A stretch of 64,000 nucleotides of DNA from Bugula neritina (lineage: Eukaryota; Animalia; Bryozoa). Below are positions 24,501 to 39,800 of this stretch, one piece after another (the stretch's first letter is position 1; each line of letters starts with the position of its first letter). Location of the stretch: the NCBI GenBank assembly GCA_964035545.1, contig OZ037767.1:14760998-14824997 (forward strand). Direction: 5' to 3'. The notes under the pieces are model-generated. The model made no database searches and was not told the origin of the DNA. It saw nothing but the letters and a program-made list of their open reading frames with translations. The translations under genes and the position numbers were made by a program.

Positions 24501-27500
24501 TTTGATAGTTATGCTATATTGTTAGGTTCACAAGCATCTTTAAAAAGTTATAATTATTGCGTTGACCATAGGTCAAAAAATTACCTAAAGAGAGGGCAGA
24601 CAACTCAAAAAGATTGTTTTCGCAGAAGCAAGTAAAATTCAGCTAAACTGAATACTCCAACTGATGAACATTTTCATCTATTGAAATTGAAGAAAAGTTA
24701 AATATTATTATACTATTCTAATCATGAATAGGCACAAGCTAAAAAGATATTTATTTCAAAAAATATAAAAAGTAAAGTAACACAACAAAGTTTGCAAACG
24801 CAGACCTAAAAATGTGAATATTCTAGCTTGAAATTAAGTCTGAAATTCAGACTTTTCTAGGTTGAATTGACTTTAATTGACTCACCAGAAAAAACAATTC
24901 ATAAAATTATAAAGACAAGCATATAATGAAAAATGTAGTTCATTAGCAAAACTGGAGGAAAGCACTTTTTTTCTAGAAATTGTTCGATTACATAATACAT
25001 TTTTGTGCAAATGATATTTTTTAATGAAATGAAACTGTTGTATTGTTTGGCTAGATGAAGTTTCAAAAGTATTTTTAATATTTTCTCAAATAAAGTAGAC
25101 ATGAACTCCATTTTCACATTTTTTGGCAAAACATATGATTGGGATTCAGTAGTCAATCAGTTAAGCTTGACACAAGGAGTTGTCACATCCATCCCAAAGA
25201 ACAAGACCATCTACAATAACAAACATGGAAAGTACTTAAAATTACATTTAAGTTTACAATAATCCTTAAAATATATGTTGCCTTCTGCAAATGCTAAATA
25301 AAACACGATGTAATGCTATGTTTACTTAGACTAAATCTTGCTGACTTACAATGAAATTCATTCATTTCAATTTGAAAATTCCTGTCAATAACTTGACTCT
25401 ATGCTAACAACTAATTGTAATGCCAAAATCACACTGCTACTTTTAGTTTAGGGAATTTATTTTCATTATTAGTTCAATATTCAGCAGAGGTTTTTCTTTA
25501 ATGAACAAACAATAGGCATACATGCAGATGAAAGATTAGGTCTAGTGAATACTAATTTTGTGCCTAACAAAAAAAAATGAAAGACTGCATGAAAAACTAA
25601 CAACTCTAAAAAATTGCAATTTGAATGAGGCTCAGGCTTTTAGGTGAGCAAGAGTAACCAGAAGAGCTACTTTAATGGAAGAAATTACTGACTGATTGTG
25701 TAGTTGCAGGCTGCATGATGTGTTTTGATTGTCACAACCACTTTTGAAAAGGGAAAATCCATTAAATTAAGACTACTGGCAAACAACGGAACGATAAGGA
25801 AAAAAAACCAAGTAGAAATTCACTTCTCAAAGCAAACTGTAGTTAATACATTATAGATGCTTAGAAGAAGCAGGCAATAGTGAATGCTATATAGTGTAGA
25901 TCAGGATTCTATACAATGACAAGTAAACTGAAATTCCAGTGCACTTTGAAACTACTTGTAAGAATGGGCTTAGTGCTTTGTAGTGCCTTGAAATTTTTTC
26001 AAGTCTAATTGGCACCATGCTATTAGAATTCGCAGAGAGATGACCCTTTAAACTTTCACTTTAAACTTTAATACCTTCACGATTTTCAGTAAGAAATTCA
26101 ATTTATCTAGGTCTGAAATTTCACCGAGTTGCATTGCAAGCCGCTGGTCAAAATGTTTAGTTTGTGATAACTTAATCAGCTGATTTCAGAATAACAATCA
26201 TTGGGAATGACATCTTCATGTAGATATAGATATTTATGCTTATAATTATATCGGCTGCCTTCATCAATCATCGATACTATGCTGCCAAATCAACTAATTA
26301 ATTACAGTTGGAAACTTCAAAGGGCATTGAATAGCAATTAAGCAAGTTATACTTTTAATATTACAAAAAGAACTTATGCATCAATATGATTTAAAATATA
26401 GGTGGGCACTCCGCTAGTGATATTAAATGAAACTGGAACTTTTTTCATGCAGGAAAAGCAAAAACGCATCTCAACAGAAACCCAAAAATTTCCAGCACAC
26501 TTTATGCTTTGACAACACGCACACAATAACTTCGTTTGTTTATGGTACAAACCTTTTTGTTGATTGTTTTCCAACATTTTCACTAGAGCAAAGCCGAAAG
26601 AAATTTGGAAACTGCATAATGATGCCAGCCACCGTGGCATCATCTTCTCTGGAAAATTATTGACAAATCATCACCCAAAAACTTCAGCAAAGCCTCCATC
26701 AATAGTATGTAATACTTTAGGTGAAACTAAAAAGAAAGAGACAATATTTTCGTGTAATTTAACCCATCAATAAACGCATCAATAGTTAGTGTGGCCACGG
26801 TTTAAACCTCATTAATTTCATGCTATTTAAGGCTTTTACAACTTAAAAGATGTAATTCATCTGCAAGAGAAATGTTAGGTATATGAAATGAGTAGAGGTG
26901 CAAAAGCAAGCAGGTATTAAGGAAGGAAGAGTTAGTAGGTGTACTTTGACTTGCGATAAATCAATGTGATACCAGATGTGAATTTTGAGGTGTGTTTACT
27001 CCAATCTCACTGAAAAGGTAGAAATAGCTAAACTTACGACACACACAATATTTTATAAAATACTGCACATTCAGTAAAACTTTATAAAACTCTAGTGTGA
27101 AGGGTGACTCACACTTTTAAACCGTAGATGAGCTAAGTTGTAAAAGTTTGATGAGAACCTTTTACTCTATAAATTTATGCAATATAAAATACTCTCCACA
27201 TATTCAACAGCTACGAAGTTTTGTTGAAGATAAACTTCCTCAACAAATATACAGAAAAAAGCTATTTGAAAGCCAAATTTCATTAGCATATTATAAGATT
27301 ATTTGTGTTTCATCTTTATAAACAATGATTTAGTCATTTAAGGGATAACTAATGATTTCACTTTGTTTTTCATTCAATAAAAACTAAGTGTAGTTGGTAT
27401 TAAAAACAGCTTTCATTTCTCACTTTTTTTCTCACCCTAATCTGCGTAGGCAAACAATTGGTTTGTTTCAAACAGTAAAGCGTGACAGCATAGCCAGTGG

Positions 27501-27769
27501 AGAAAACAATCATCTATACTGCTGGATCAGTGGCAACTTGTGAGTGTGTCAGAGTAGTGTCTTGTTGTGTGACTCTACAAATAAATTATGCGAATTTGAA
27601 TATACTACAAAGTTGCAAACATTGTTTTAACAAAACACAGCATTTATTTGATATTATATGTAAAGCTCAAGTTGGTATAGAATATATTAAATAAATTTTA
27701 GCTTTCCTTTTGGATACTCTAAAACAAAATAAAAAAATAAACCAAAATTGGGTAAAGCCATGCAAACTA

Positions 27770-28070
27770 GAGAGAGAAAGAGAGTGGGAGGGGGGGGGGG
27801 TGGGAGAGAAAGGTTAGGAAAGAGGATGGAAGAGAGATGGGGTAGAAGAGAGAAAGGGAGAGAGTCAGAGAGATAGTGGAAAAGGGAAGAGAAAAAGGTT
27901 AGGAGAGAGAGAAGGTGGGAGAGACGGAGAGTGGGAGAGAGAGAAGGTGGGAGAGACAGAGGGTGGGAGAGAGGGAGGGTGGGAGAGAGGGAGGGTGGGA
28001 GAGAGGGGGAGAAAGAGAGAGAGGTTGAGTGGAAGGTGTGGGAGAAAGAGACAGAGAGAGGAGTAAGAGA
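27770..28070. repeat. GA-rich polypurine low-complexity tract
   Basis: gagagaga / ggtgggagag iterations. Confidence 0.85.
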
Positions 28071-28959
28071 GCTTCCAAACTAACACCATTGACTTAAAAA
28101 ATGTTGATAAAAACTGCAGCAAGTCTTTAAAAACGATGCTAGCAAGTTCAAAGCTCACTATAACTTTCAAAATCAATAAAATGTCAAGTTCAAAAAACTC
28201 ATCTGCGAGCAAAAAATAGTTACAGAGACAACCAGGTATTGGGCAAGAGCCAGCTAATAGGAGTACCTTTTTAGATAAACTGCATGCAGGCACAGTGAGA
28301 TAGCATCGGTGAGTTGTGTCTTCATTTTAATTTCCTAAAAATGAACATAAACAAATGCTAGTAATGAAAGTTTTCAGGGTTATTAAGGGTGCAATTTTAT
28401 CACTAAACATCATAGCAATAACAAAAATTGCTCAGTACAAATTTAAGAAAAATTTCTTTCATCCATTACATAATACCCGAAATCAAATCCATTTATTCAA
28501 TTCATTAAGCTGAAAAACCAAGAATAATCAGAAAGACAGTAAAATCACTTTCTAGTAAAAAACAGCTTTAGATCATAATTGTTGGGTTCAGCTCTTAAGC
28601 TAAGACACCGATGCACTGAAATACGAAAAAGATCAGCATACTTTTGACTGTCACAAAATTTATTTTACGTGCAACAGACATTTTAAGGTCACCCGCCACC
28701 CGCGCAGGACCACGCTGGTGAAAGGTGACCAGATATTTTAAGGTCAATCAAAATCAAGCAAAGTTCAAAGTTCATCGTCATATTGCTTACTGCTTAATGC
28801 TGCAGCTTATTTTTGCTTACCAAGTTTCTTTCTGCAGAATAATTGTAGCTAGCTTCTCGATTTGCCATCTTTATTCCAGTCCAGGTTCAAATGACATCTT
28901 GATCGTTGCAAATATCCATGCAAGCTAAAAAATATTTATCAATCAGTACAACAACAGAA

Positions 28960-31900
28960 ATACTTACAATGATCCAAATATTACTATTACATTACTATAA
29001 CATTACACAGTAACACTACGTTTATAATTGTAATACGGAAGCATGACTTTGTGGTAGTTTGATATGCTATAGCAAAAGGTAGAAAAATCAACTGAAAAAC
29101 CGACAGAAATAATCAAGTACAATTAACTAAAGTAAATAAACTTACTGAATAGTAAATATTTTACTATACTTAGTGAATTGATTTACTTCCACTAGGTTTA
29201 CTTTCATGATTAAATGCTTCTGTCTATTTTCCAGTTTATAGGAATATATTAAAAGTGAAACCAATTATAATTACTATTACCTTATCTAGTTTTGACTATA
29301 TATTTTTCACAAATATAAACATAGTTATATGCGTATTCCTATTGTGACTGCAGATACCATTGCGGTAACTGAAATCAAACTTCATTCTACTTCAAGTTTC
29401 AAACATTATCCCAGTTCAACGACTAACAAGTAAATAATTAATAACTGTGAAAGCTCCAATAAGTTACTTCATTATTAAATAAGATACAACTGATTCTACT
29501 GTATATGATACTATGGTATCTGTATTAAATTAAAACATAATTATGAAAATCAAAAGTTGTATTTTGAGCACTTATATTATAGTAATTAAATTAACAGCTT
29601 AAAATAGGCACATTAAACCATGATTGGAATTTTTATCCATTTATCTTTATAATTATATTTATTCTTTATTCTGAAAGTTGACCCAACACTGGTAACAAAA
29701 CTAAAAGTAATTGATTAAGTATGATTTATTCTTACACACTTTACCATTATATTTAGTCTTCCTGACTTTCAGTCTGTCATAGTGATTACTACTATATGAA
29801 AATGACTTTGACTTAGGAGTCATAATTATAGTCACAGTGTTGATAAGTCAACAGTGTAGGATTAACACAGCACTAGACTAGTACTACCTCCAGCTTTCAA
29901 GTTTATGTTAGGGTATCTCTAAGACTAAAGAGTAACCCTAATAATGTAAGCAAAGAGCAGTGAGTAATAAGCATGCTATTCAACTTCAAGTTTCACTAGT
30001 ACTATAACCAATACCACATGTATTTTAATAAAATTAGGTAGCTGGTGAGTGAACTATAAAATTAAATAGGGATCAAACTTTGAGCAATATTAATAGAAAT
30101 AATATTAGGACAGAGGTTTCCAATTATTAGTATGTGAAACCAAAGGGGAATGGATAACTACTATTAGTATTATTACATTTACTTTATATTTAGTTTTACC
30201 AGTTCGTATTATTATTATCTTACTTTGAATTGTAAAGTATAATAATTATAATATTCATAGTAGTATATTTATATTAGTAATTAATATGTATATTAGTAAA
30301 AACATTTGTTTTAAGTTGCTTGTTTATTAAATTATTCTAAATCCTAATAACGATAATCTTAATATTAGTGATAATCATTATGCTCATCACTGTCCCCAAG
30401 TGCTATCAGTATGACCATCGCAATGTGAACCTAGACGTGAATGTAAAAAGGCACTGCAAAACAGAACATGGGATGGAGGCAGATATCCATACCATAATAC
30501 AAATATCGATATTGAATTTGATAATCATAATTATTATACAAATATAATGATAATAACTACAATGATCAAAAATAAATAATACCAAAGAGTTTTCGAATTA
30601 CTATTCATAAAATCAAATATCACATTTATAAAGATATAATCATATCTATTATTAAATTTAAGTCAATTATACTAATAGCAATAGTAATATAAATAGAAAA
30701 AAGAATCATTGACCAGGAGTAGGTGCAAAATAAAAGTCAATTTTAAGACAAAGAGTAAGAAAAATACTAAATCGATATTTAAAATTACTTATTTTTAATC
30801 TTAGTCACTTACAGTCAGTCTTAGTTTAATTTTTACTACTAAGTCTTTAATTTCAAGTTCGTTTTGACAATAAACTTGAAGACTTTAACTAAGAATATGT
30901 ATAATTCAAAATTCTAAACTGGTACAAGTAAAAGTTGCTACTGAAGCTTTGTAATATTATTTTAAATTATCGGTATGATAGCATTATATTTTTATTCATA
31001 GCAATACTGATAGTGACAATTTCAAACATACCCATACCATTACTGTTACAGTTTAAGTTACTATTGCCATTGTGATTGCCGGTAATGAGTAAATATAACT
31101 TAAATTTATATGACTATTACTATTACTATTAGTATTACTATCACTTTCAGTACCGGTCTAGTATCAGTATCACCTTAATTCAAAATCAATGTATAATTTA
31201 TCAAATTACTTTTATATTATCATTTATCAATAATATGTCTATCACTATGATATTATCATGATATTGATTTTTAATTTAAACATAATAAAATCATAGGTAT
31301 AATCATAATCATAATGATAATCATAATGCTTAATTTTACTTTTAGTTCAGGTTCAATGATTTAAGAGTAAGTGAAAGTTACTATAACTATTGCCATTGTG
31401 ATTGCTAGAAATAAGTAAATATAATTTAAATTTATATGACTATTACTATTACTAACACTCAGACTTACTCGGACTCACTCTGTCTCTAACTCTAAGTCTG
31501 AGTCTCACTCCACCAGAGTGAGAGTGACACTGAATTACTATAACTATTACTATAACTATTAGTATTAGTATTAGTATTAGCAAAATATATCAACCTTATG
31601 ATCATCTTATTAGTTATTACAATATGTTCGGCATTGATGTTGAACTAAAAATATTAATAGTTATTACAATCACAATGACAATGCCAATATGAATATGATC
31701 AAAGACAAATGATTCCAAGCAGTTTCAGTTTGAGTTGAAGGTAAGTTATAAGTTGAAGTAGTACGTAAGTGGTAGTTGATACTGATACCATCAGTGATAG
31801 GTCTATACTCCATACCAATGAACTCAATAATATTACCTATATATTACCATAAATTATATTACTATTAGTATTACCTATAATTAAAATATATTCTTTCTTT

Positions 31901-33850
31901 TCCAGCTCAGTGCTTCATACCCTCTACTTAGTCTAATGCCGCGCACATGACGAGAATGTGAGGTGAAGGTCACTCACAGCTAAAATCGCCAAGGATCTGT
32001 AATCCATCACTAGTAGTAGTAGTTCTAGTAGTCGTACTACCAGTAATCTGGCTTCGCTATGACACTACGAATTGAATGTTGACAAGACGCATGCATGTTT
32101 GCTGTTGGTAAACTAATTTTTACTGAATTTTAATCATGCTAAGTTGCAATCTATTTTCTAATAAAATAATATATTCAATAATAATATAATAATAATAAAT
32201 ATAATAATTATCATTATGATTATGATTATAATATTTTATCATTTAATTTTATAACTTTTACTTTTAGTTTTAGTATTTTGGTTTTACATCAAAATTTACA
32301 TCATTATGATTATCATTATGATTAAAAAATGAAAATAATTATCATTAATCATTACCTTTTAATTTATGATTATAATTAATGTTAGAATTACCACAATTAC
32401 AATCATAATGATAATCATAATGATAATGGCATAATGCCAATGATAATCACAATCGTAACACTAATAATAATAGTAATAGTCAAACTCAAGGATTGAGCCA
32501 ATGATTCAGATTGTCTAAATTTAATTAAATAGATTTCAGCCTTGGGTTTAACTTTACAGTTCACAATTTTATTTTACATTACGACTGAGAGTCACAGTAA
32601 GACTAAGAAAAAGAGTAAGTCATACCTTTCTTGCAGTTATTTTCAAAGTTTGTAGTTGTACTGGTACAGTAGTAGACCTAGTAGTAGTACTAGTAGTAGT
32701 AGTAGTAGTAACAGTACTATTAGTAGTAGTAGTAGTAGTACTAGTACTAGTAGCAGTACTAGTACTAGTTGTAGTACTAGTATCAGTGGTAGTAGTAATA
32801 GGACTGCGATCTTAGATGTAAGTCTAATGAAATACGAATAATAATAGTATAAGTATAACTTTAACTTTTACATATTTAGTTTTACTATAAGTGTAAATAT
32901 AATGAGTAATAGTAAAACTCAAAGTATATACATTAACTCAGTTTAGCATTAATGATAAAATATAATAATTATAATAAAGTAATATGATCACCATTACGAA
33001 TATAATTAAAATTCTTAGTAACACTTTTATGATACTCAGTTAAATTTATTAATATTAAACATTAGTTTGGCTACCACAAATAACTAATAAGTGCTACTAT
33101 AGGTAACTGTAAAGATAAGTATAAATTTAACTATAACATAGACTATCAGCAATAATAATATATCATATTGATATTAAACTATATATGGATAATGCAAATC
33201 ATAGATCATACCTCATGATAATTATTCCTAATGATCTTACTTTTTATATGCTGATGCTAATAAGTAGTAGTTTTAAATTTGATAACTCATGAATGATGAA
33301 TAAGATAACAAGAATAATACTGGACCTAGTAATACTATTAGTCCTACTACTAGAATTTTATTATCTTATATTTGTAATACGCTTCTTTTAGTAATACTGC
33401 TGGTCAAAGTTAGTGTTAATCATATTTATAGTTAAATGTTGAAGGAATAAATTAGTTCATAACATAAACATTTCACTATGTGAATATGAAATTTAATATG
33501 AATATCCCAATTACACTTGCTGTTGCTCTTTAGAGACTAGAGTTATAACTTATAACTATGATATAATAATGAATACCATTATTTTAACTAATCATATTAC
33601 TCAGCTAATGTTAATGATAACTGTAAGTCTAAAAACCATTACGGTTATAGGTATCACTGACTAATATTATTAATAATATAATCATTCGTTTTATACTTGT
33701 ACCTATATTTATATTTATACTTATACCTATTTTTATACTTATGATCATATCTATACTTTCACGTATGCTTGTACATTTTACTCATAGTATCAGGGTGGCA
33801 ATCGAAAAGTCATAATCGATATGCTAATCTAATAATAGAACCAACTGCAC
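28960..33850. repeat. Degenerate 3/6-periodic (ANT/TNA) low-complexity DNA
   Basis: Runs such as actattagtattactatcact, aatcataatgataatcataat and agtagtactagtagc. Resumes at about 36820-37600. Confidence 0.6.
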
Positions 33851-36820
33851 TATTATTATTATTATTGTTGATTGACCGTAGTTTTTTAGCTGGTGTAACC
33901 TTTTACCATTGGCCTAGTTATACTAGGCTGAAATGGCTAGAACTTTCCTCAGGATGTGAGCTTATCCTGATCCTAGTAAGGGTGTCTGCTGAATTAATGA
34001 GCATTTGCTTTCAGCTACTCCAAGTAGTGTCAGCCAGTCTACAATCTTGTATAAAGCTCCAAAGGCTCCAGTTACAACGGGATGACTTTTTTGATGTTTT
34101 CCAAAGGCGGGTTTATTCTAGTGCTAAATTCTGATATTTTCCTAACTTTTCGAATTTTTTTCTTTTACTCTGTAGTTAACAGGGACTGTGATATCAATTA
34201 TCGTTGTTTCAGCATTATGCTTGTCAACTACTAATATATCGGGTCTCCCAAGTTTGATGACTACGTCAGTGTGTATGTTAAAATCTTACAAGGTTTTCAC
34301 ATTATCATTTTCCAGTACTTATTCTGCTTGATGGCCGTACCAATTCTTACTTTTCTGAAACCCACGAAGTTCACACAACTACTATTGAAATTATCAATGC
34401 CAAAAGGTTGTGTTTTTTCTTATATTCTCCTTCTGCTACCTTCTCAAACTCACTCAATACGTGCATCGAAGTTTTGTCTCTTGCGTTACACATTCCACAC
34501 TTCTTGCTACCCTGTTCTCTCATCATAGCCACTTTATAATTTCTAGTAGTGAATAGTTGATTTTGCGCAGCTGTCAGCAGTCCTTCTGTTTCCTTTTTCA
34601 GCCAACCATACTTCAACCAGTTCCAGGAAAATGCTTTCATGTCTTCCACCATTTTGATGTATTGACCACGTGAAGCTTTTCTTTACACTCATCAGTTCTT
34701 TCTATCACGTTATCATTACTTAGTTCTACCGCTGTTCTGTCTTTTATTAAGGTATTCAGTGTGGTGTTTCTATCAGTCTATGTTATATTTATGTAGTCTG
34801 ACATGCTGCAGTTTTCAATCTTTATGCATTTTTCAGTTGACAACATTCTTCTACCGCCTTCCTTTCTGCTAAAATACAGCCTGCCTACATCTGCTCTCGG
34901 ATAGGGTGCACGGTTTGTTGTCATTAGCTTCCTTGTCTTTCAGTCTATATTTTTTAGCTCATGAAACAGTTCAGTCAAGTATTCTAGCTGTGTAATGCAC
35001 TGCTGTTACTGCCCATGTGTTTAGTGCTTTGATTGTATTCTCACCATTCAGTTTTGAATCCAGAACTTTTCTTATTTGTTTGTAGTACTCCTTGATCTTG
35101 TTTTTCATTTCATATATTTGTATTCCATCAATCTCAAGAACTCCTAGATATTTATACGGCTTCTCACCCAGATCTTTGATTACCTGTTCATCAGGCAAAC
35201 TGATTCCTGTGTCCTTAATTTTCTTTCCCTTTCTCATAACCAGTGTGGCACATTTTTTAATTCAAATTTAATTTCTATATTCCTTGTGAAGATCCCGGCA
35301 GTGTTTACCAAAGCTTCCAGTTCCCACTTTGATTTCCTATTTACCTTCAGGTCATCCACATATAGGAGATGGTTTGTTTTCTGTCTCGTCGAAATTTGCA
35401 TCATTGAGCCGCTTCTGTCATGCGAATCGGTAGTTGGAGAAAAGGGATAGAGATAAAGAGTCTCCTTGGAAAATTCTTAGTTTGATCTTTATTTCTCCTA
35501 TCTTTTCTTCCAGGTATTTCAGTTGTGTTTTCCAGGTTTCATGCTTTTTCTTATCAACCTTATGACATTAATTGCTATTCCAGTTGTTTGCATCGTTTCT
35601 AAGATCTAATTTCCTTGTCTTTATATATGCTCCAATTTGTTGCTAACTTTATTTAGTCATTCTGCATTGGTATTATTTTTAGTTGGCTGACCCCATATAT
35701 TTTATCAGAATGCTTTTGATTTCCTTGTCAGGTGCCTCTTTAGATGTACATTCATTTCCTCGTAATTCTTGATAAAAGCGCTTATCATTGTAAACATTGT
35801 GTTCTGATTATATTGATCAACTCATTCTGTATATCTGTTTATCTTCTGGCTTACAGCTCTCAGGTTTTGCTTCAGTTTTTCAATCACTACACCACACTCT
35901 TTGTTCTTTATCCTATATTTTTCTTCAACCATTCTTCTCAATGAATCATTGTAAGCTCTACTTTTTCACTCTGCTATTTTACTTAAGTCTGATCTAATTT
36001 CTTTTTATTTCTTCTGCAGTCGTATTTTCCATACTTGTACATTGTCAGTTTTTCTTTTTCCTTTTTGTTACACACTTGTTCTGTTACTATTTTTCGCACA
36101 AGCCATGGTGGTGTTATTAAGCTCAATGGTATTAATAATCTCAACACAGTTTAGCACATCATTAATCTGTTTTACTGCCTGTAGTAATTTGACCCTCTCA
36201 ATGTGCCTAAGGGCTCTTAGTGTTGGTCGAACATTAGATAGTTTGTTATGCTCATTTATAATTTTTCTACTCACACTTTTTCTACCTCTGAACTAGGTAC
36301 TCTTAAAATTCTCATGGCTGATTTATATGCTATCTCATGTTGTACTATAACATCCTCTATTTGCAAATTTAGCTCTTCATTATCTTCTTCACCAATTGAT
36401 GTGCCTAGTTCTTGCAAGGTTCCTTCTTCAATCTTATGGAGTTCTTCTTCCATAAAATGCTTGTGTTTCTTCATAGTTCTTGCTTAATCCGCTAGTCTCT
36501 ATTCGCTGATGTTAAACTCTCCTCTGTTTTCCAGCGTTTGCACATTCTTTTTAAATAATTCTTTGATCCGGGTCTACATAGCTCATACATTGTTTTTCTA
36601 TAACCTCTCAATTTGGGTGTACTTTTGAAGCAGCATTTCATGACAACTTTGTTGTCTTCTCTTGAGTATCTTCTTTTAGTTGTGCCATTAACGGGTTGAC
36701 GGCCGTAGGTTGCCTGGCCCTCCACATACCCACTGCCAGACGAGACATGCCATGTTTAGTTAGACATACCATTAACGTCGTTGGCTTTATTAGTTCTATT
36801 TTAATGGATCATATTATTAT
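33851..36820 (-). mobile_element. Decayed R4/Dong-like non-LTR retrotransposon (RT plus restriction-like endonuclease)
   Basis: IFQGDSL, NHLLYVDDLK, YKYLGVLE, LNGENTIKALNTWAV, LKKETEGLLTAAQNQ, CGMC and RPDILVVDK...IIDITVP. (TAA)n at the 3' end (33851-33866). Many stops and frameshifts. Confidence 0.85.
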
Positions 36821-39800
36821 TTTTAATTATTAATATTATCACTATCAGTAACAAATAAATAATTTTATATTTGTTATTAGTTACTACTTATAGAAATTGA
36901 GTGCCACAGCTTGAGGGTTATAAAGTCAGTCTTAGTCAATGTAATGGGGATGCTGATACTGACATTTGGCTTTGAGCTCATAGTTAAATTGCTAACAACT
37001 ATACCTAAGGATAACAGGAGTATTAAAATGTTAATTTATAAGGATTATAACCTTAGAGTGGAGATATTATTCTCAATTTATTTAGTTTTTACTTTACTAA
37101 CTTTTATTTTATTCATCAACCTTACTGTCTATTTAAATAGCAAACTAAAGAATAATTATGAAGGCCTTTGAATTGAAGTACTTTTCTGTAGCTGATTAGA
37201 TTTCAAGTATTAAAATAACATACTAAGACAGAATACCATTATATGAGCTAGATTAATAAAGTAAAGAAGATTTCTTTGTTAATCAAAATATAGGTGTCAC
37301 ATATGCCTATTTTTAAGATTATGTTCTTATATGTGCTGTCTTTTTAATATTTTTAAAGTGCTACATTTTGAGGGTAGCCTACATCAATATGACTGCCCTG
37401 TAATTGCTTGTCAACTATAAGAGTTAGACCTATAAACTGTCTCATTTTCAAATTATCTTTACTTTTCTAATTGATGTTAACATGACTATTCCTATTAGTA
37501 TTTTGGTGTTTACCATTGGTAATGTTTGAAGTAACATCAATATCATTGTTAATTTGTCTAATTATTCAAATTTTAATATTCATCATTTGTGAACAGTAAT
37601 AAAATTTTGTCTTTCTTAAATTAATGTGATGCTAGATTAGCTACTCTAGCAAGTGTGTATTGTGCAATGAGTACTAATGCCATATTTTTGCACTTCTTGT
37701 TCTATATAATTTAGATTTAAGGTAACAATTCCTAAAGCTATCACATAATGCTGCTATCAGTTATAAAGATGTCACTGATCCAAACATTGAAAACCAGCTG
37801 AGTGCATGCAAGGTTGAAAACTTATTTTCTCTGGTTAGGTAAGTAGAAAGGTATTTGCTGTAATTTACAACTATTTTGTTTTCAACATCCTTGATGTTCA
37901 TCTCTAAAAGATAAGTAGCACATAATGGTACCTGTTTTACTTAGCAGAAGAAATTATTGTCAAAGCTCTATTACTACATTTTAAATTGTATGACACTCTT
38001 TTGACTACATTTGATTTCATATCTCAAATAATTATATTTCTGACTCATGAAACTGTAACCACACACTTGAGAACAAAATAAATAATGATATGGAAGCTTT
38101 CTTTAACTTTGTCAATTTAGTCAACAGCCAATGACTGAAAACATGTTTTGTACACTATTGATTGCCTCTCTATTTCCGCTATAAGGCAGAAATTTTAATC
38201 TCAAAATTTAAGACACTGGCAATTCTTCCCAATAATACGTTGTTCAAAACAAATATTTTTTGCCAAGTAATATAGTATTTAATTATATTTTTTAGTCAAA
38301 GAAATTTGTTTGGTTTCTTGTGTCATCTTGAATAGGTTGTTATTCATTATCTTTTTCTTCGTGTTATGGCTATGAGTGTATCTAACCTTTGCTGACAGGT
38401 TTTTCCCCCATCACTATATGTTTCTCTGTTTACTCTCTAACAGTTTTATTTCCGTTCATTTTTTAGAGTTTACTAAAATGACATGGGTGTGCGTTGTTGT
38501 GGCTCCTAATTGAGTGCATCCGTTGAGATTATTGGAAGTTTTGTTGAAACTGAGCTGAGGCCTCTTACTCCTAAAGGCAAGAGTTTGAGTCATCTTAGCT
38601 ACTTGTAGCATATCAACATCGAACAGCACCATTCCACTACTCTAAGCTTAAGGTTTTGGCTGCATTAGATCAACAGGTAAGTTTAATAGTTTGTATTTCG
38701 TACACTATTTCATGATGTCTGTTCAGCATTTACTTGGTAGCACACATTTATAGATTTTGCATTCTTTTAGTTTTTTGCAGTACAACTTTTCTACGCAACT
38801 ATTACACTGTTGTTGCTGTTAATTGTAGTTTATTCTGCTTGACCATGCAATTATTGAATTATGTTGCAAAGGTGATTGAGTCCTTTTATTTAATTTAGTA
38901 CACACTGGAAATCTGCAGTTTTTAGCCATTTTTACATTTTAGCTGCTAATGAACAATGCTTTTTGCTTAAAATTAGTGAGACATCAAGAAATACACCTAA
39001 ATAATCAAGGTTCTTCTTAATTTTGCATGATATCTCATGTTTTTTCCTATTTATTCATTTCATTTGGATTGCCTACTGTTACAAACTAACCGTGGCGATC
39101 CCCAGTCAGAAGTTGCTGTAATTAGAAAAAAGCATAGGAAATCAAAGAAAATTAAAAAGAGCCTTGATTATTTAGGTGTATTTATTGATATTTTTTTAGT
39201 TTCGGGCCAAAACTCATGTTCATTAGCAAAAACTTGAGATCTTCAGTATGTACTAACTTAAATAAAATGAACCAATTGCAGTAAATTTCTGCATTTTCTA
39301 ATACTTCTTAAATTTATACCTAAAATAGTGCTGTCTTAAGAAAATGACACTAGCTGCTGTTTTCATGTATGTGCCCCAATTGTATATAATGCTGTTGATT
39401 TGTTTAGTGCTTTTTCTATTTGTTTGTTATATAACTTTTCTTTTATGGTTGTTGCCAGCACCTAAAGCATTATTCATTAGTGCCAATTAATTTCTACTCC
39501 CAGTTTTACTGTTACATAGTTTATAAAGCCCTTGTGTCAACTTTTCTAGATATCCTGGTTAAAATTGTTCCACTTGATGAATGGCATAGGGCATATGCAA
39601 TAGCAAAACAGTTGCAGGCTGTTTTGGAAAAAAAATTGTGCATATAACCTTTATTTTATACATGTTATTTAGGCTTTGGTAGAACTGTTGGAGAGCCTTC
39701 CTCTTGAATAAAGCTACTCAACTTCCCGGATTTTACTTTATTGACATTAACCCACTACCTACAAAACGCCTTGAAATTTAGCTAATAAATTATGTATTTT

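Noticed and set aside
27865-28293. 142-aa Leu/Ser/Pro ORF
   Set aside because: Largely translation of the GA-rich tract.
32656-32841. Ser/Thr-rich ORF
   Set aside because: (AGT/ACT)n simple repeat within the periodic region.
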